DNA from: Moniliella sp. 'wahieum'
Lineage: Eukaryota
Assembly: GCA_003971905.1 (NCBI GenBank)
Contig: RSEE01000079.1
Location: 186,001 to 250,000, forward strand
DNA: 64,000 bases
Reading direction: 5' to 3'
Positions 1 to 13,471 of this stretch are shown in pieces (position 1 is the stretch's first letter; the number at the start of each line of letters is the position of its first letter). The notes below the pieces were generated by a model. That model was not told where the DNA came from. It saw nothing but the letters and a program-made list of their open reading frames with translations, and did not search any database. Made by a program: the position numbers and the translations under genes.

Positions 1-54
1 ATACAGCGAGCAACAGGCCATTCCAAACCCACTGGCGACCGCCGCTCTCGATCG

Positions 55-225
55 AGAGGAGGATTATCGATGTATCGATGCCTCACTATCATCGATCGCC
101 AGCACTCATCGTCGGGCCCATTATACAGCCAATGCACGCCAATACTCCCGGCCATCGCGAACCGAGGTGAGTACACTGAGTAACTGAGTACTGAGTAATA
201 CTCAGACCGAGTACTGAGTCGGGTG
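55..225. repeat. Palindrome tract (ATCGAT and AGTACT units, T-N-A joined)
   Basis: tatcgatgtatcgat, atcatcgatcg, actgagtaactgagtactgagtaatactcag. Confidence 0.8.
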
Positions 226-607
226 TGCTTGGGTGTGCTGTCTGCAACTAAGTACCACTCTAGGTGGCCAGTGACGTTATGACGGCGGTGAGTGACGTGT
301 GGTGTGTGACATGTGATGGCGGCGAAAGCATCCAAGGGGCCCCAGATGAGTTTGGCAAAGTTCTCCCGTGGTGGGCGGACGAAATGGGCGCACCGAGCGG
401 CCGCGTGTGCCTGCTTGCGAAGCAGTGCATCTTTCCACATGCCTCACTAGGCAATGGCCAGGCCCATCTGTCGCCCCCGCCCCCCTATCTCACCGGTCAC
501 CGGCCACCCCCAGACGGATCGAGCCAAGCTCTGCGTGTAGCGCGTAGCACCCTAGTACCCGGTGTCCGGGGTACCGCCTTTCCTGGGCCGTAGGCCTTCT
601 CACCTGC

Positions 608-785
608 GACTGAGATTTGGGATCTGAGTCTGAGGTCAGATCGGAGACAGCTCGAGCTAGTCGTTGGCGCTTTCGGTATGCACGTTACGCGTTACATGTT
701 ACAGCGACTGCTGGCTAGCTTGAGCTTGACGCGTGACTAGGACTAAACTGGTATGGGTGACACGGTGGCCCAGCGCTCAGCGCTG
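608..785. repeat. Palindrome tract (AGATCT, ACGCGT, ACATGT, AGCGCT units)
   Basis: cacgttacgcgttacatgttaca; cagcgctcagcgctg. Confidence 0.75.
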
Positions 786-1077
786 CAGGGCAGGGGCGTG
801 TAGCGCGTGCAGGGACAGATGCTCAGCCTCGTGGGCTCCATGTATCCTGCGGGTGTGTCGCAGTGGTGACCCTGAGACCTTGTGACTTCCATTCCCAAAC
901 GGGGGTTTGTGGTCCGTGCCCTCCGCTTTTATCTTCCGTCCCATGTCTGGGCGCCTCCATCGTCCGCACACCACTCGCCATATCGATTCGAACTTCGCAC
1001 AGTAAGGTGCCGGGGTCTCCCTCCCAAACCGCGTCCCAGCCCCAAGGAGCCCAGGGACCATAGGCAAACCTATGGGG

Positions 1078-1918
1078 TGTCACGGGGGCGTCGCCAGGGG
1101 GCCCGCCCTGGGGTTTTTTGGGGTACAATCCCTTAGGCGACGGTAGGTCGACTCACGGTAGTTTCGGGCTTGGGCTGGTTGGTGTATCCGAGCGGAGCTA
1201 GGGACGAGGAGAGGCCTTTGGTGGGGCGGCTGCACGTGTGGCAAGGCTGCGTCTGCACCGGCTTGGGCCGTAGTAACGTGTCTGAAGCCTCCGGGACTTA
1301 GAGACGGGAGGAGACAGCGGCGGACAAACACTGCCTCAACTGAGACTGGAAATCGATGCGGCCAGAGGAGGGCTCGCGCGACAGGACTGACGAATGGCTG
1401 AGGACGAGATTGGAGGAGATGTCGGACGCTAACAAAAGTAGGCTGCCTGTACTGGATCAATCGGCTGGAAAACGGGCAGGAGTCGCACAGGATAGGCGAG
1501 AGGATAGACAAGGGGGTTGAGACGAGAATGGAAGGTGGGGGAAAAGATCCCCATCAACCAGGGGGGGTACAGGCAGGATCAAAAGGGAAACGGATACAAG
1601 AGGGTTTGTAGAAAGGAAGACATGTCAAAAGCGGGGTTGGTCGCCACAGGCGCGACCGAGAAAGGAAAAGGAAACGGGGACGGGGCGACAGTCGTCGCAA
1701 CGGCACTGGAAGCTCGGTGGCCTTATTTAGGCCGGCCGACTTGGACTTGGGCGGGGGGACTATTGTCGCACGGAGCATGGCCCTTCAGCCACGATGCTTA
1801 ATTTAGCCAACCATCATCACACTTGGTTGGCCTGCGGAGCACGCTCTACTGGGCATGTGCGGAGCAGGCGGGCCTTAGCTTCGGTCGGACCATCTCGAGT
1901 CCGCCGCAGCCCGTGACA
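1078..1918. mobile_element. Solo LTR (841 bp) with 5-bp TSD TGGGG
   Basis: Starts TGTCACGGG and ends CCCGTGACA (9-bp inverted termini, TG..CA). TGGGG flanks both sides (1073-1077, 1919-1923). About 600 bp recur inverted at 23918-24517. Confidence 0.85.
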
Positions 1919-2315
1919 TGGGGGAGGGAATATGGAAAGAAGCATGCATGACATGTGCGACAGAGGAGATTAGTGAACAAGAACTAGGTATAGGTGCTGA
2001 TGTGAGGTGGCCAAACGGTGCGGTTTTCAAGTGAGGTTACTTGGGAAGACAGGGGTTGGCCGTCGAGCGCACTGAACCGAGCGCACCAAAGAGCAGAGGT
2101 TGTGTTCGGGCAGAGGAGGGGTGGGGGTGTATCAACAGTATGGGTCTTCTTCTTCCCTGGACGCCTGGGAGCTGACACGAGTCGCGCAAGGAATAGGTAG
2201 ATGACAGTGCAGTGTCTGGATCCACCATCGAGGTAAGGTCTTCAAGCAGAGAAAGGGGGCATCTGCTTCCATCCGTGCTCAGGAGAAGGACGCCCAAAGG
2301 AGGGCAGATGATCAT

Positions 2316-5300
2316 CTAGTGTTCGTCGTCCCAAGGTTCCCCAGGAGGGTGCGGAGCGGAGACAACAATAGTCTCGGTGGCATGTTCCCAACGGAGCTTG
2401 CCGCGTCCATAGTGGACCAACGTCTTCTCCACCCGCGCGCCCTCGGTGGTAGCTGCCAAACCAATCGCCTGGGCTTGGGCAAGTGCCCGATGAGCGAGCC
2501 CAAGCTCGTCTTGCGGGTACCAAAGAGGCATCTGTTCCTCCCTTGCCGCCGGGTGGAGGAAGGCGGTCATCAACTGGTCATAGTCAACGTGGAATTCCTT
2601 CTCAAACAGGGAACGTTGCGAGCGGTGTTCACGTGCCTGGTCCGCTACTCGCATAAATCCCAAGGGTGTGGTCAACGAGCGCTTGGTAATGGGCACATTG
2701 AGCGAGCCAAGTGTCAACGTGCGCTTCCCGCGCGCAGAGGAGTCTGGGTTCTTTTCTTTCTCCAGGACCAGGGTCGCATCTGCGTCGCGCCGGGCCAGCG
2801 AGGCGGTGGGCAACACAGAGGAAGAGGTGCCTTGTCGGAGCAGAATGGGGAGGGAAAAGAAGCTACTCCAAGTAGATTGTTTGCTCTTGGGAGTGGGAGT
2901 GGAAGTGGGGGCCGGAATGGGAGCGGGGCTCGGAGCGGAAGAGGGAGTTGGAATAGGAGCAGGAGTGGGAATGTCCTTCGTAAGCAGGAAGGTAGATTCT
3001 TTATTACCTAGACTTGGTCGTGTCTGGTGTAGGATCTGAGCAGGGGCAGCGATCTTGCGCTTGCCCAACGAGGGGCGCGCCTGTGTTCCGTAAGGCGTCT
3101 TTGGGGGGGCAGAGGAAGGAGGGGGCAAGTCCGAGGCACCAGACAAGGCCAGGGTGGGGGTGCTAGGAGAGCGGGCGAGAAGACTCTTCGACACGTCCTT
3201 GGAATGGACTGTTTCCATGCGCACCAGGGGGGCACTCTGAGTATGTTGGTGCGTCGGTGGGTGGGAGCCAATTGGGGTAGATGCCACAACAGTAGAGGTC
3301 AACCACCCCTCGGCTTTTGGCACAGACCCGCTCGAGACTTTGCGAGGTAAAGGCCTCTTCGATGCATTTGGCGCAACGGATAGTCCGGGGGCTTTGGGCG
3401 GCAAAGGAGACAAGGGGTCATCCAATTCCACCTCGGCCCATTGACAGTCTGCTCCCGTGAATTTTTCCGTGAAGGAATCCAACTCGAAGGGCAACAAGCG
3501 GAGCCGATGGCCGTGTCACTCGAAGAGGGGTAGGCAAAAGGATTGAGGCGGGTGCCTTGTCCGAGCGTGCTTGGCGTACCGTTTCTCCCGTGGTCTTTTC
3601 CGTGGCAGTCTGCTCGCTCATGGTAACCATCACCGTCTTTTCCCCCAACGTCTCCATCGGCGTTTTTTCACCATCGACGTTGTTCCTTGACAGCTCGAGT
3701 TGGATGCCGTTCCGAAGGATGGTGGATGGTCCGCAGCTGCTGGGTCCTTCCAACTGTTTGCATAAGGTACGTCCGATATGGGAGAGGCAACAAGGCCAGA
3801 GTTGAAGCCGTCTTGGGGGCCCAACAGAGTTTCGTCTTGCTCCTCGTCCTCTGGGTCGTCCATCATTGGCCCGGCAACAATCTCACCCTCCCTCGCTTCG
3901 CCTTCCAATTCCTCGTCTTCGTGTAACTCGCGCATCAGTTCATCGTCATCATGGACCAAGCTGAGCGGAAGGGTGGTAAGCAGCGGCTTGTACGAATCGT
4001 TGAGAAAAAGTGGAAACATGCGACACCGACGATTAAGATCACCATGATTGCGCCTACGTCGCATGTCAGTTTACCACATTGTATCATGCAAAGAGGAGGG
4101 GAAGGGAAAGGGGAAGGGGGCGCGGGGGGGACATACCTTCCGGAATGGCTGTTTGCTTCTGGACTCCAGCTGCGTTGGGCGCACCTGCAAGGAAAAAGAG
4201 GGCAGCAAGCATGACCATCTCGAGATACAGGCCCCAGAAGAATTGGTCAATGGCGCGGGAAAGTAGAGTCCGAGCGTCTCATACGCCGGGCGCTGGAGCC
4301 AGACATAGATCAGCTGGTACCGATAGAGAAGCCAGTAGAGACAAAACGTCGTCAACGCAAAGAGATACCAAGGGGGCAACCACCATGTAGCCCGTGGCAA
4401 TGATAGTGATGAGTGTGGTATGGGGAAAGAGCACTCCCCACTCTCCGCGGAAGAGACGGTTGTCTGTCCGCCACACCCCACGTGGAGACTGGCCAAAAAC
4501 AAACTTGCGAATGTAGTACAGGGAAAAGGGGATCACTTGCAGCAGACCTGCCGCAGCGCCTTGTACGCCAGCAAGCATGATGTAGGCAATGAAGAATGTA
4601 GATCCTTGTGGGATAGCACCGGCCACGTCACCAGGAAATGCGGTGGGATGATTGGCCAGCGAGTAGATAAAGTTGGTGATGTCCGAAACAGATCCGGAAA
4701 CAATGGTGAGAAAGAGAAAGTTCTGGAAAAAGTTGAAGTAGAACAGGCGGTCCATGAGCGAAAGCTCGATCGACGACCGCGTTGGCTCACCTGACAATCG
4801 GCCAAAGATGCGCATAATAATGGGCAAACAGGAATTGACGAGGGCAAGCATGGCAGAAGGGATCATGCCTTGGATCATCTGTTGGAGGTAACCAATGTGC
4901 GTCAAAAAGTCCAAAAAGTGAACTACCTTGACTAGCGCATTAATGTTGGAGATCAACCCAACCAAGGCAACGGGAAGACACCAAAGAGCACCATGCCCAA
5001 GTGGCACCCCAAAAAATAGAGGTACGGATCTTCTTCTCATAGGGGTTCACGTTCAAGTTGGCCCAAACAATGTCCTTGGGGTGGGCTTCAAAGTAACGGT
5101 TGACCATCATATAGGGAAGGTGGTGAGTCTGCGCCGAATAAGCAAGATAGGCACGATCTGCTGATGAAAAGGATAAACGCCGAGTTCTTGGGGGGGTACT
5201 GTTTCCGATTCCTAGCCATGTCGCGGCGTCGCCAGTCAATTTCCTTATTCAAGCGCGCAATCTCTGTGCGGCAATGGTCAAATGTGTCGTACTTGCACCC

Positions 5301-6312
5301 ATGAAAGGGGATCCATCCATCCCGATGAGAAGGGCGAGGCAGGTAGTGAGCAATCTCCTGGTCACTGCCCGTGAACTGGGTCACAACTCCATCGGGAGTG
5401 TACACCTCTTGGACTGTGAGTTTTCCCTTGCGGATTAATTTGTAGGCCTTGAGAATGTACTTGGACTGCGCGTCCTCCAGCCTCTCGACCAATTTGGTCC
5501 TGCGAGAGACAAGCGCGGGTAAATCGCGCATGTTGCGGTTGATCCACACCTTGGCCACACCGCCTGGGAGATGGGAGTACATTTTGGCCAATCGTTTTTC
5601 CGACAGGAGGTTGTTGGGAATGCCAGTGACGAGGATGGTACGGGCTTGGGCCGATTGGGTGTGCCGCGGGGAGATGAGGTAGTCTTGACGGATGGTGACC
5701 ACATTCTTGACCTTGGCGTGCACCACAAAACATCCATACGGTGCACACCACCTGGATCACCAAAGTGGCAATGTATCTCAACTGGGCTGTCTGCTCGCGC
5801 CCGACATTGGCAAAGGTTAACTTGTCGATGCCGGTCTTGCCGGCAGTGGTGCCGGTGGAGTAGATGGGGATAAGGATGATAAAGGTGAGGAAGAAAATGA
5901 GGAGAAAGATGATAATGCTCATCTCGAGATACTCGAGGTAGACAAACGCGTCCAAGCCTTGAGTTGCGAGAATGTCAAATTTGGACGCCTTGATTACGGG
6001 GAGAATCCAGCCCAGGAGCGAGTCAGGCTGGCGGGGGACACGCTTAGTTTTGGGCCCAAGGAAGGTGCGTGGCGAGTAGATCTTCTTGAAGCGTGGGCGC
6101 AGCAGCAAGAAGAGAGCAATTTCAATGGCACAGAACACGCCGTTGACCCACAATGAAACGGCGATTTGCCCAGCGCTCTCGGATGTGGCCTGGGGGCCAG
6201 AGTTGGAGTTGTCATCGGGGGCAGCGTTCTGGGCGCCAACACCAACGACGCGGGTAGCAAGGACACTCAGTGCCAGGCAGGCTAGCGACCCGCACCAGGC
6301 TGGCCCGGCCAT
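2316..6312 (-). CDS. OSCA/TMEM63 (CSC1/RSN1/PHM7, DUF221) calcium-permeable stress-gated channel; spliced and split by probable assembly frameshifts
   Basis: Signal peptide; FLLLRPRFKKIYSPRT and GLDAFVYLEYL (RSN1_TM); ARTILVTGIP (PHM7_cyt); HPKDIVWANL and STFFIAYIML (7TM region); C-terminal AFLHPA..PLWYPQDELGLA (PHM7_ext). Confidence 0.9.
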
Positions 6313-6699
6313 GCGGGCAGCGTAAGCAGCGTGGGGGCAACGGTGGTGGGGAAAAGAGGGTGTATGTGACGGCGACGAGTCTGCGGGCGGTGTTTTCTTC
6401 CGTCGGGATGCAAGTGGCTAAGGAGGCTGTGACATGTGATGCGTGCCGTGACCAGCACCCAGTGACCTTGAACAGCTTGAACGTTGCGCGGGGGATGATG
6501 AATGGGTGATGCGGCAATGTTGATAAGAGCGGGTGGCTTCGAACTCAAAACGGAATTTAAGCAACTCACCCAGCCGAGCAATGCCCACTGTTGCAATTGC
6601 GACGTGGCAACATTTCATGCCCACGCCTCAGGCTGAGGCGCAAGCCCAACGATGCGCTAAGCCACACCAACCTGGCCGGGAGCCCCATCGGATCAGCGC

Positions 6700-7012
6700 C
6701 TACATTAACCGGTAACGTGTAACGCGGCCGGTAACCGGTAACCTCTTAAATACATTGCTCCCATGCAAATCACCCGTGGAAGGTTGAATGTCGGATGCGC
6801 TGATGGGGTGCACGAGGTACTGCGGTACCCCGAGGCGGAGGAGTGGTGGCGTTATGGTGCCTGATATGACGATCGATGGATCGATGAGCTCCCAGCTGCG
6901 ACGGGTTGCTAGGTGCGCATGATGCATGATGCATGCTGCATGCTGGGAGCAGCCTGTCACAGTCCCAGCCATTGGCTTGTCACAGGCTGCGTGGCACATG
7001 TCACTGTCACGT
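6700..7012. repeat. Palindrome tract in the divergent CSC1/Tup1 promoter region
   Basis: taaccggtaac, ccggtaaccggtaacc, gcatgatgcatgatgcatg. Confidence 0.75.
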
Positions 7013-7304
7013 GCTCGGGGCGCCGAGCGGGTGGGCCAAGCAGGGGCAGTGCCTGGGCTGCATGCACCCTGGCGGGGGCCGCGCAGGCACGAGCACGCAG
7101 CCCAGCCCCAGCTGGAAGACCCTGGGGAGCTCTGAGATGTGCAGTGAATCGAATAGCAGCCAGGGCATCCGAGCGGTGACGCGTGGCGGCGCGAGCAGGA
7201 CGGCGCCAGTGTCGGCCGCCCCGCTGCGGCAGGCACGCGTTGGGGCCAGCCAAGCCAAGCCAAGCCCCGCGCTCCAGCGACCCAGCTAACCCGGCCCCCT
7301 CCCC

Positions 7305-8868
7305 ATGCCCTCGCCCCTCCCGCCTGCGCGCGGGTGCGTCCCGACGCTGCCGTCTCTGTCTCTGCCGCTGTCCCCGCGCCCGCGCCCACGCTCGACGCGT
7401 CCGCCCGCCTTGCCGCTGTGCTCGATGCTGTCCAGGCCGAGTTTGACCGCGTGCACGAGGCTGCCTCTGCCTCCCGCGCCGACCAAGCCGAGGTGCAGGC
7501 GCTCGCTGCTTCCCAGGCCCAGGAGGTGGGGCAGATGCACCGTCTCCTCGCCCAGCTGGAGAAGCGGCATGCCAGTCTCGAGGCCCAGTACGCCCTTCGT
7601 CCCCCCCCCCCCCCCACCTGCCCGTGAGGCGCCCGGCCTCGCTTGCCTCGTTTGCCTCGCCCACTAACCCCCCTCCCACCGCAGGTACCACGACGAGATT
7701 CGCGCCTGCAGCGGCAGATCGAGGAGGAAGGCGCGCGCGCGCCTCTGCCCCCGCCTCTGCCTACTTCGTTGCCACCCAGTCGTCCGCCGGGCTCAGTAGG
7801 CCCAGTGAGCCACGCTGGTCCTTCGCGCGTCACGCCGCCGCCCGAGCCGAGCGAGGATACGCGGTATGCCAACGAGGCATTGGCCGAGATGGCCGAGCGC
7901 GACCCTGACGACATACCCTCCGCGCACAAACCGAGGGCAGCGATTGGATCGCGATCTACCCCTCCCATCCCCGGTTGCGGGTCAACTTGGTGCAGACGTT
8001 GATGCATGAAAGTGTTGTGTGCAGCGTCCGCTTCTCTCCCGATGGTCGTCAGCTGGCCACGGGAAGTAACCGAATGGCCCAGGTGTACGATACCAAGACC
8101 GGGGCCAAGGTGGTGGTGCTGCGGCACACGCAGCGCGACGACTTGTACGTACGGTCTGTGTGTTTTTCCCCCTCGGGAGACCGGCTGGCAACGGGGGCGG
8201 AAGATATGCTGGTGCGGATCTTTGATTTGGCCGGGGGCTCGTTGCTGCACCTGCTACGTGCGCATACGCAAGAAATTTATGCGCTCGACTGGCGCGGGGG
8301 CGTGTTAGCGTCCGGCTCGGGAGATGGGACGGTGCGATTGTGGGATGCCGAGCGAGGGCGGGAAGAAGGCGTGTGTCGGATGGACGAACGTCCGTCGGTG
8401 GACCAAGGGGTGACCAGCGTAGCGCTGCACCCTACCTTGCCCCTTGTCGCTGCTGGCTCGCTCGACTCGCGCGTCCGTATCTTTTCCACTGCGACGGGGG
8501 AAGAAGTCGAAAACCTACAGGGCCACACGGACAGTATTTACTCTCTTGCCTATGCGCCTACGGGCGACCTCATCTCCGGCTCGTTGGACCGCACCCTGCG
8601 CACTGGCGCGGCGGTGGCAGCGTGGCCTGGACGGGTCACCGGGACTTTGTGCTAAGTGTGTCCATCACGCCGGGGGGCGAGTTTGTTGCTTTGGTTCCAA
8701 AGACCGCGCCGTCGAGTTCTGGTCGACCGAGACGGGCAAAGCTCAATTTTTGTTGCAAGGTCACAAAAACTCGGTGATCGCCATCCATTGCTCTCCGGCC
8801 GGCCGGTTGTTCGCACGGGCTCGGGCGACTTTAATGCGCGGATCTGGAGCTACGAGCCGGTGGACTAA
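7305..8868 (+). CDS. TUP1: Tup1-type WD40 transcriptional corepressor
   Basis: Tup_N coiled coil (RLAAVLDAVQAEFD...Q, intron ~7588-7684, then YHDEI.RLQRQIE). WD40 repeats HESVVCSVRFSPDG.LATGSNR, DLYVRSVCFSP..LATGAED, GHKNSVI, GSGDFNARIWSY. Start approximate. Confidence 0.9.
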
Positions 8869-9076
8869 GCACCCTTTTCCGGCTTTCCTCTCTCCTTTCC
8901 TTTCCTGTACGCCATACCTACCTACGGATTGTGTCTCATTCCCTCGCTGTCCTTATCGTTGCGAGGCTTCCAGCCCCGCCAACCCCGCGTTTCCCCGTAC
9001 AGTCATGCATCTTTAATGCTTCCCACCGTCGCCATGCGGCCCCCAAAAGCTCGCCATAGTCTTGTCAATCAGAGAA

Positions 9077-12000
9077 TTACCCCTCCTCTGGCTCTTCCAC
9101 CTGCTGTTCGACCTGATGAACGAGTCGAGGAGGTGGACCATGTGACTGTAGGGCGCAGCCTGAGCCAGGAAAGGGTGGGTAGAACCTGCTCTGCTGTGGG
9201 TCGTTGGTCCGGCTCAAGCGCCGTGCAGGCATGCAAGAGCGCACCGAGCTGCGGGGAACAACGTGCCGGTCGCTCAAGGGCGGCAAACCGAGTTGGGCAA
9301 TCTGCCTCACCGCCTCCCGCGGCGGTAGGTCAATGTAGGGGGGAACACCTTGGTTCAGTTCCCACAGCACGGCCCCAAGGACCAAATGTCCACTTTGAAG
9401 CGTAGGGTTTGGGCTGTAATCACTTCGGGGGCGATCCAGAACGGCGCCTACGACGGTGGTGCGCCACTGGCGGGGGCAAGGTGAGCCGCATGGTAAAGTC
9501 GGTCAACTTGGTGATCCCAGTAGCAGCGAGCAGAGGTTATCTGAGCGCACGTCGCAATGCACAATCCCTTGGGTATGAAGGAAGGAGAGAGCGGTCGAGG
9601 TATCCAGCACGATGCGGGCCACCTCACTCTCCTCCAGTGGCCCTTGCCTCGAACCCAACACGTCCACCACACTCCGATCCATCAACTCTTGCACTAACCA
9701 AATCGCTCCCTCTGGGTCGGAGGCCGAAGGCGCCAGGTACACGCCCGGAGCCCAACGACACGAGTGCTCTGCCCGCGCTGCCACCGAGAGCTCTGTAGCC
9801 AGATGGGCCAGGCGCGCGGTGCCGGCCGAGGTAGTGGAGCGACGACTTTGATGGCTACTTGGTCCTTGGTTCCGTGCGTTGCTGGGCGCAGTACACGTCT
9901 CCACATTCACCTCCCCAATCAGATCGAGGTCTTGGAACAAACTCTTCGGCCCGATCGGGAGAGAGAAAGGGGGCTTGGAAAGGGTGTGTTAGTATACTGC
10001 AGCAAGTTGGATCTGGGAGGGCGTGGGGAGGAAGAGGGGGGTGCGTACCAAGGTGCTGCAAGGAGGATGAGAGCGAGTGGAAGGTGGCACACGGAGAGGC
10101 TAGGATGGGGCCGATCGCATCTAGCAGCGAAGACTCGACCGATTGACGTTCTGGTTGAGGGGACGGAAGAGGCGATTCCCACTGCTGGCCTAGGACCTTT
10201 CCTCGTCTCCAACAGGTGCCCGAATAGGCGGGTCGCTTGGTGTGGGATTTGTGTGTGATGGAAGGCATGGGGGGCACGTGCCCTCGGCACCTCGTTCGCG
10301 CTTGTGCAAGCCCGAGCCACGGACCAGCGCGCCGAGCTGGTGCACGAGCGGCGGCGAGAGCTGGCCCTGCGTGCCGTCAGCGTCGGTGGCCTGAACGCTT
10401 GTACCGTGGCCTCATTTGTCTCAGAGGGAGGAGACGAGACGTCCGGCTCCTCCTGTAAACATATGGGATGGTCAGCACAGGGCGGGCGGCAGTGAGGGCT
10501 CACAGGGAGGGGCGGCAGAGCTTGAGGTGGCATGGACCAGGTATCCAGCAGGCCGAGCGCTCGAGTGTCGGAAGACCGGACGACGGTCGCCTGGCCATTT
10601 TCCGACATGGAGTGGGAAGCATCCGAAATACCCGAATCCGCTTCATTCGCCCTTTCCCCTTGGCCTTTGCGGGCCTCGAGCCTGTAGGCATCCATCGGCC
10701 CCGCCAGCGGGTCTCTCCTTGTTGCTTAATTCAGGCCGGGGCAACGCGGCCGAAACGAGCGGGTGGGTGCCCTCGGAGCCAACAGCGTGCGGAGACTTCA
10801 TTTGCCCGCTAAGCGATGAGACGGACGACGGATGTCACAGATTCACCCGACCGTGGTATTGAAGAGGGCGCTTTGGCAGCCGAAAGCGAACCGTCTATTA
10901 GTTCACCAGCTAGCAGTGTCGGTGTCGTGTTGTTGCACGAATCAGGAGGCGCAGGGCTGTCCAGTCCATGCGAGTGTGAGAGTGGGGGCTCGAATCATCA
11001 TGGGTACTGGAAGCAGGAGGGGGTACGTCGGGCTCTTTCCGAGTCCATGTCTGTTCAGTAATAGTGGAGTTGAAGTGCCCGGCCTGCGAGGAGGTCTGGC
11101 CGTGTAGATTGGAGCTGTCAGCAGAGTCGGGCCTGCGAACGAAGGAGGTCGCCGCCCTACCTTCGTTCGAGGACAGACTCATGTGCCCGCCCAATCGTGG
11201 CGGGAAGCGCATGGAGGAGCTGATGGACGTGTTGGCAGTCGATGGACGGGACGGTTTGTCTTTCGCCGGGGATCCAGAAGGTATGAGGGCATGATGAGCC
11301 ACAAGACGGGTGGAGGAGGTGGATGTGCTGGTGGCTGTGGAAGGGCGGGAGCGCGGTACCTGGCTCGGATCCACGTTGAATATGGACGGAGATGGCGAAT
11401 CGGCAGCAAATAGGTTGCCCCCGGGATAATCGCCTGTAGCAGGGACCAGGGAACGCGGGGGAGGCGAGGTGGTAGAACCGGTGAAGGAGGCCTTGCGCGT
11501 GAGTTTGCGGAAACTCTCGAACCCTGTCCATGCGGTACGGGAGGCGGCAGCAACCATCCGACGAGCCGATGGAGGGTGGCCACGGCGGTGGGCACGCTGC
11601 TGACCGAGGTGAGATTATCGACCTCAATCGACGCCGACGCAGATGCCAATGAAGTGGCTGATTCTTCTCCGGGAATAGGTATACAGCCATGCATCAGGCT
11701 GGGGGGAGCGGTGTAGAATTGGGCAGAAGGGGCCGTGGTCGGGGGAGTGGTGAGAGTGTTGGCATTCAAGCGGATATCGGTCGCGCTGCGCGCGGCACGG
11801 GTAAGGCGAGCGAGAGGGTGGGGTGAGGGTGGGCCAGATGAGCAGGGTTGCTGCCAGCAACAGGGGAAGAAAGGGTCCGGGCCCGAGTACGTGGGGACAC
11901 CTCACTGATGCTGCGGGCGCCATCGTCGGAACGATTGACGTCAAGAGGCGCGGCGCGCCAACGGCAGTGAGCCCTTCAATGGCGCGCTCAGTTGCGTCGC

Positions 12001-12553
12001 TGACCGCCTGAGCAAAGTCGCGCAGACTACCCTGGCTATCCTGTCGACGCGTGCGCAGGCGGGAACCTACGCTAGCGCTAGGAGGATAGGCAGGTTGAAT
12101 GCCGCGGCGGGGCGCAGACACTGGGCCATCAGGTGGCCCGGATGGCGATGCGGGCAGAGGCCGGGAATAGAGAGAGGGGGAGGGGGAGGGGGATCGGGGG
12201 GGAGTGGCACGGAGCTGTGCCTGGTACTTCTCGAACTGGAGCTGGAGCTGGGCTTGCTGCTGGGTGAACTGCTGGAGGGCGAGCTGCTGCTGCGCTCGAA
12301 GGCCTGCTGGGCCTGGCGTTGCTGCTGAAGGAAGAGCTGCTGGGCGGCGCTGGGCCTCGAGTTGGGCACGGAGCATGTCTCCGAGGGCTGGTGTGGAGGG
12401 TGTGGCTGTGGCCGTGCCGTGAGCATGGGCGTGATGGGGATCTTCGGCGGGAGCGCCTGCCCAGACCTCGTCCACGCCCACCAGACGGCCCAGCAGGGCG
12501 GGTGGGGTGGCGGCGGAGGGGTCATTGGTCTTGCGCCGAAACCAGGAGGGCAT
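9077..12553 (-). CDS. STE20/PAK-like Ser/Thr kinase with a long low-complexity N-terminus
   Basis: C-terminal kinase pieces across frames: LIGE(G)ECGDVY, VAIKVV, IWLVQELMDRS, ALSFLHTQGIVHCDVRSDN, KLTDFT, VLWELNQGVPPY. Putative start MPSWFRRK at 12553; joining the N-terminal ORFs is inferred. Confidence 0.7.
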
Positions 12554-13471
12554 ATTGGGGCCCAAGACGACGGCGAAGTGCGAAGCGAAGAGGCAGAGAG
12601 GCAGACGCGGCGAGACGGAGACCCTGTGTGCTGTGGGCGTGGTGGGCAGCAAGCTCCTCCTGGCCGTCGCTAAAAGCGCTCTGCTCGAGCAGGTGGAGAG
12701 CCCCGGGCGTCTTTCTTGGTCTACGACAAGTATTAGAGCTGTCTGAGCGTCTATACTGAGCGCTACTTCGGATGGCCGATGGGCGATGAGGCGGGTATGC
12801 CGAAGTGCGAGGGATGCAAGCGAGCGTTTAGCGCTGCTTACCCCGGCAGTGCTCATGCCTTCATCCGACCTCGCACAGCCCACACTACGAGCCAGCCGCT
12901 CTCCGCAGAGAGGCAGCTCATTCATACTCAGGCACGCACGGATCCTTTTGGTAGTCGGTACTAAACGTCTTGGTGGTACCGGTGGTGCTACTACACCAGG
13001 CTACACCGCATCTCTCGCCCGTCGCCCCTGCCTGCCGTACGACCCAGCGCCGATCGTTAATCGTTAATCATTACTCGTACTCATTTATGGCCGGTGGCGC
13101 CACACCGTCACACGCGTCACACAGCCATCTCCTGTTACTGTCACACGTCCCATGCCGGGCCCGGCATATGTCACAGCCCTACCTCATCCGACCCGGTTAT
13201 CCACAGCAAGTAATACAGTGTCCCAGTCATCGATCATCCAGGTTCTTTCAAGCCACCAGTGCATCCATTGCATTCCGCCCCACTCCCCCTAGCATCCATC
13301 TATGGTCGGCAGTGGTCAGCAAACACACTCTTCTTTTCCCACAACACATCCTACCCATCGCCATGCATCCATCACACAGCATAATCATTAACCGATGCTC
13401 CTACTTCACACACACACTCACCGAACGCATCGTGAGCGTCCGCGTCATCCCAGTCTCGCTGCAAGCAGTCC

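Noticed and set aside
6700..8250. 516-aa minus-strand ORF and similar long antisense ORFs
   Set aside because: These are shadow frames of GC-rich genes (here Tup1) with no domain signal.
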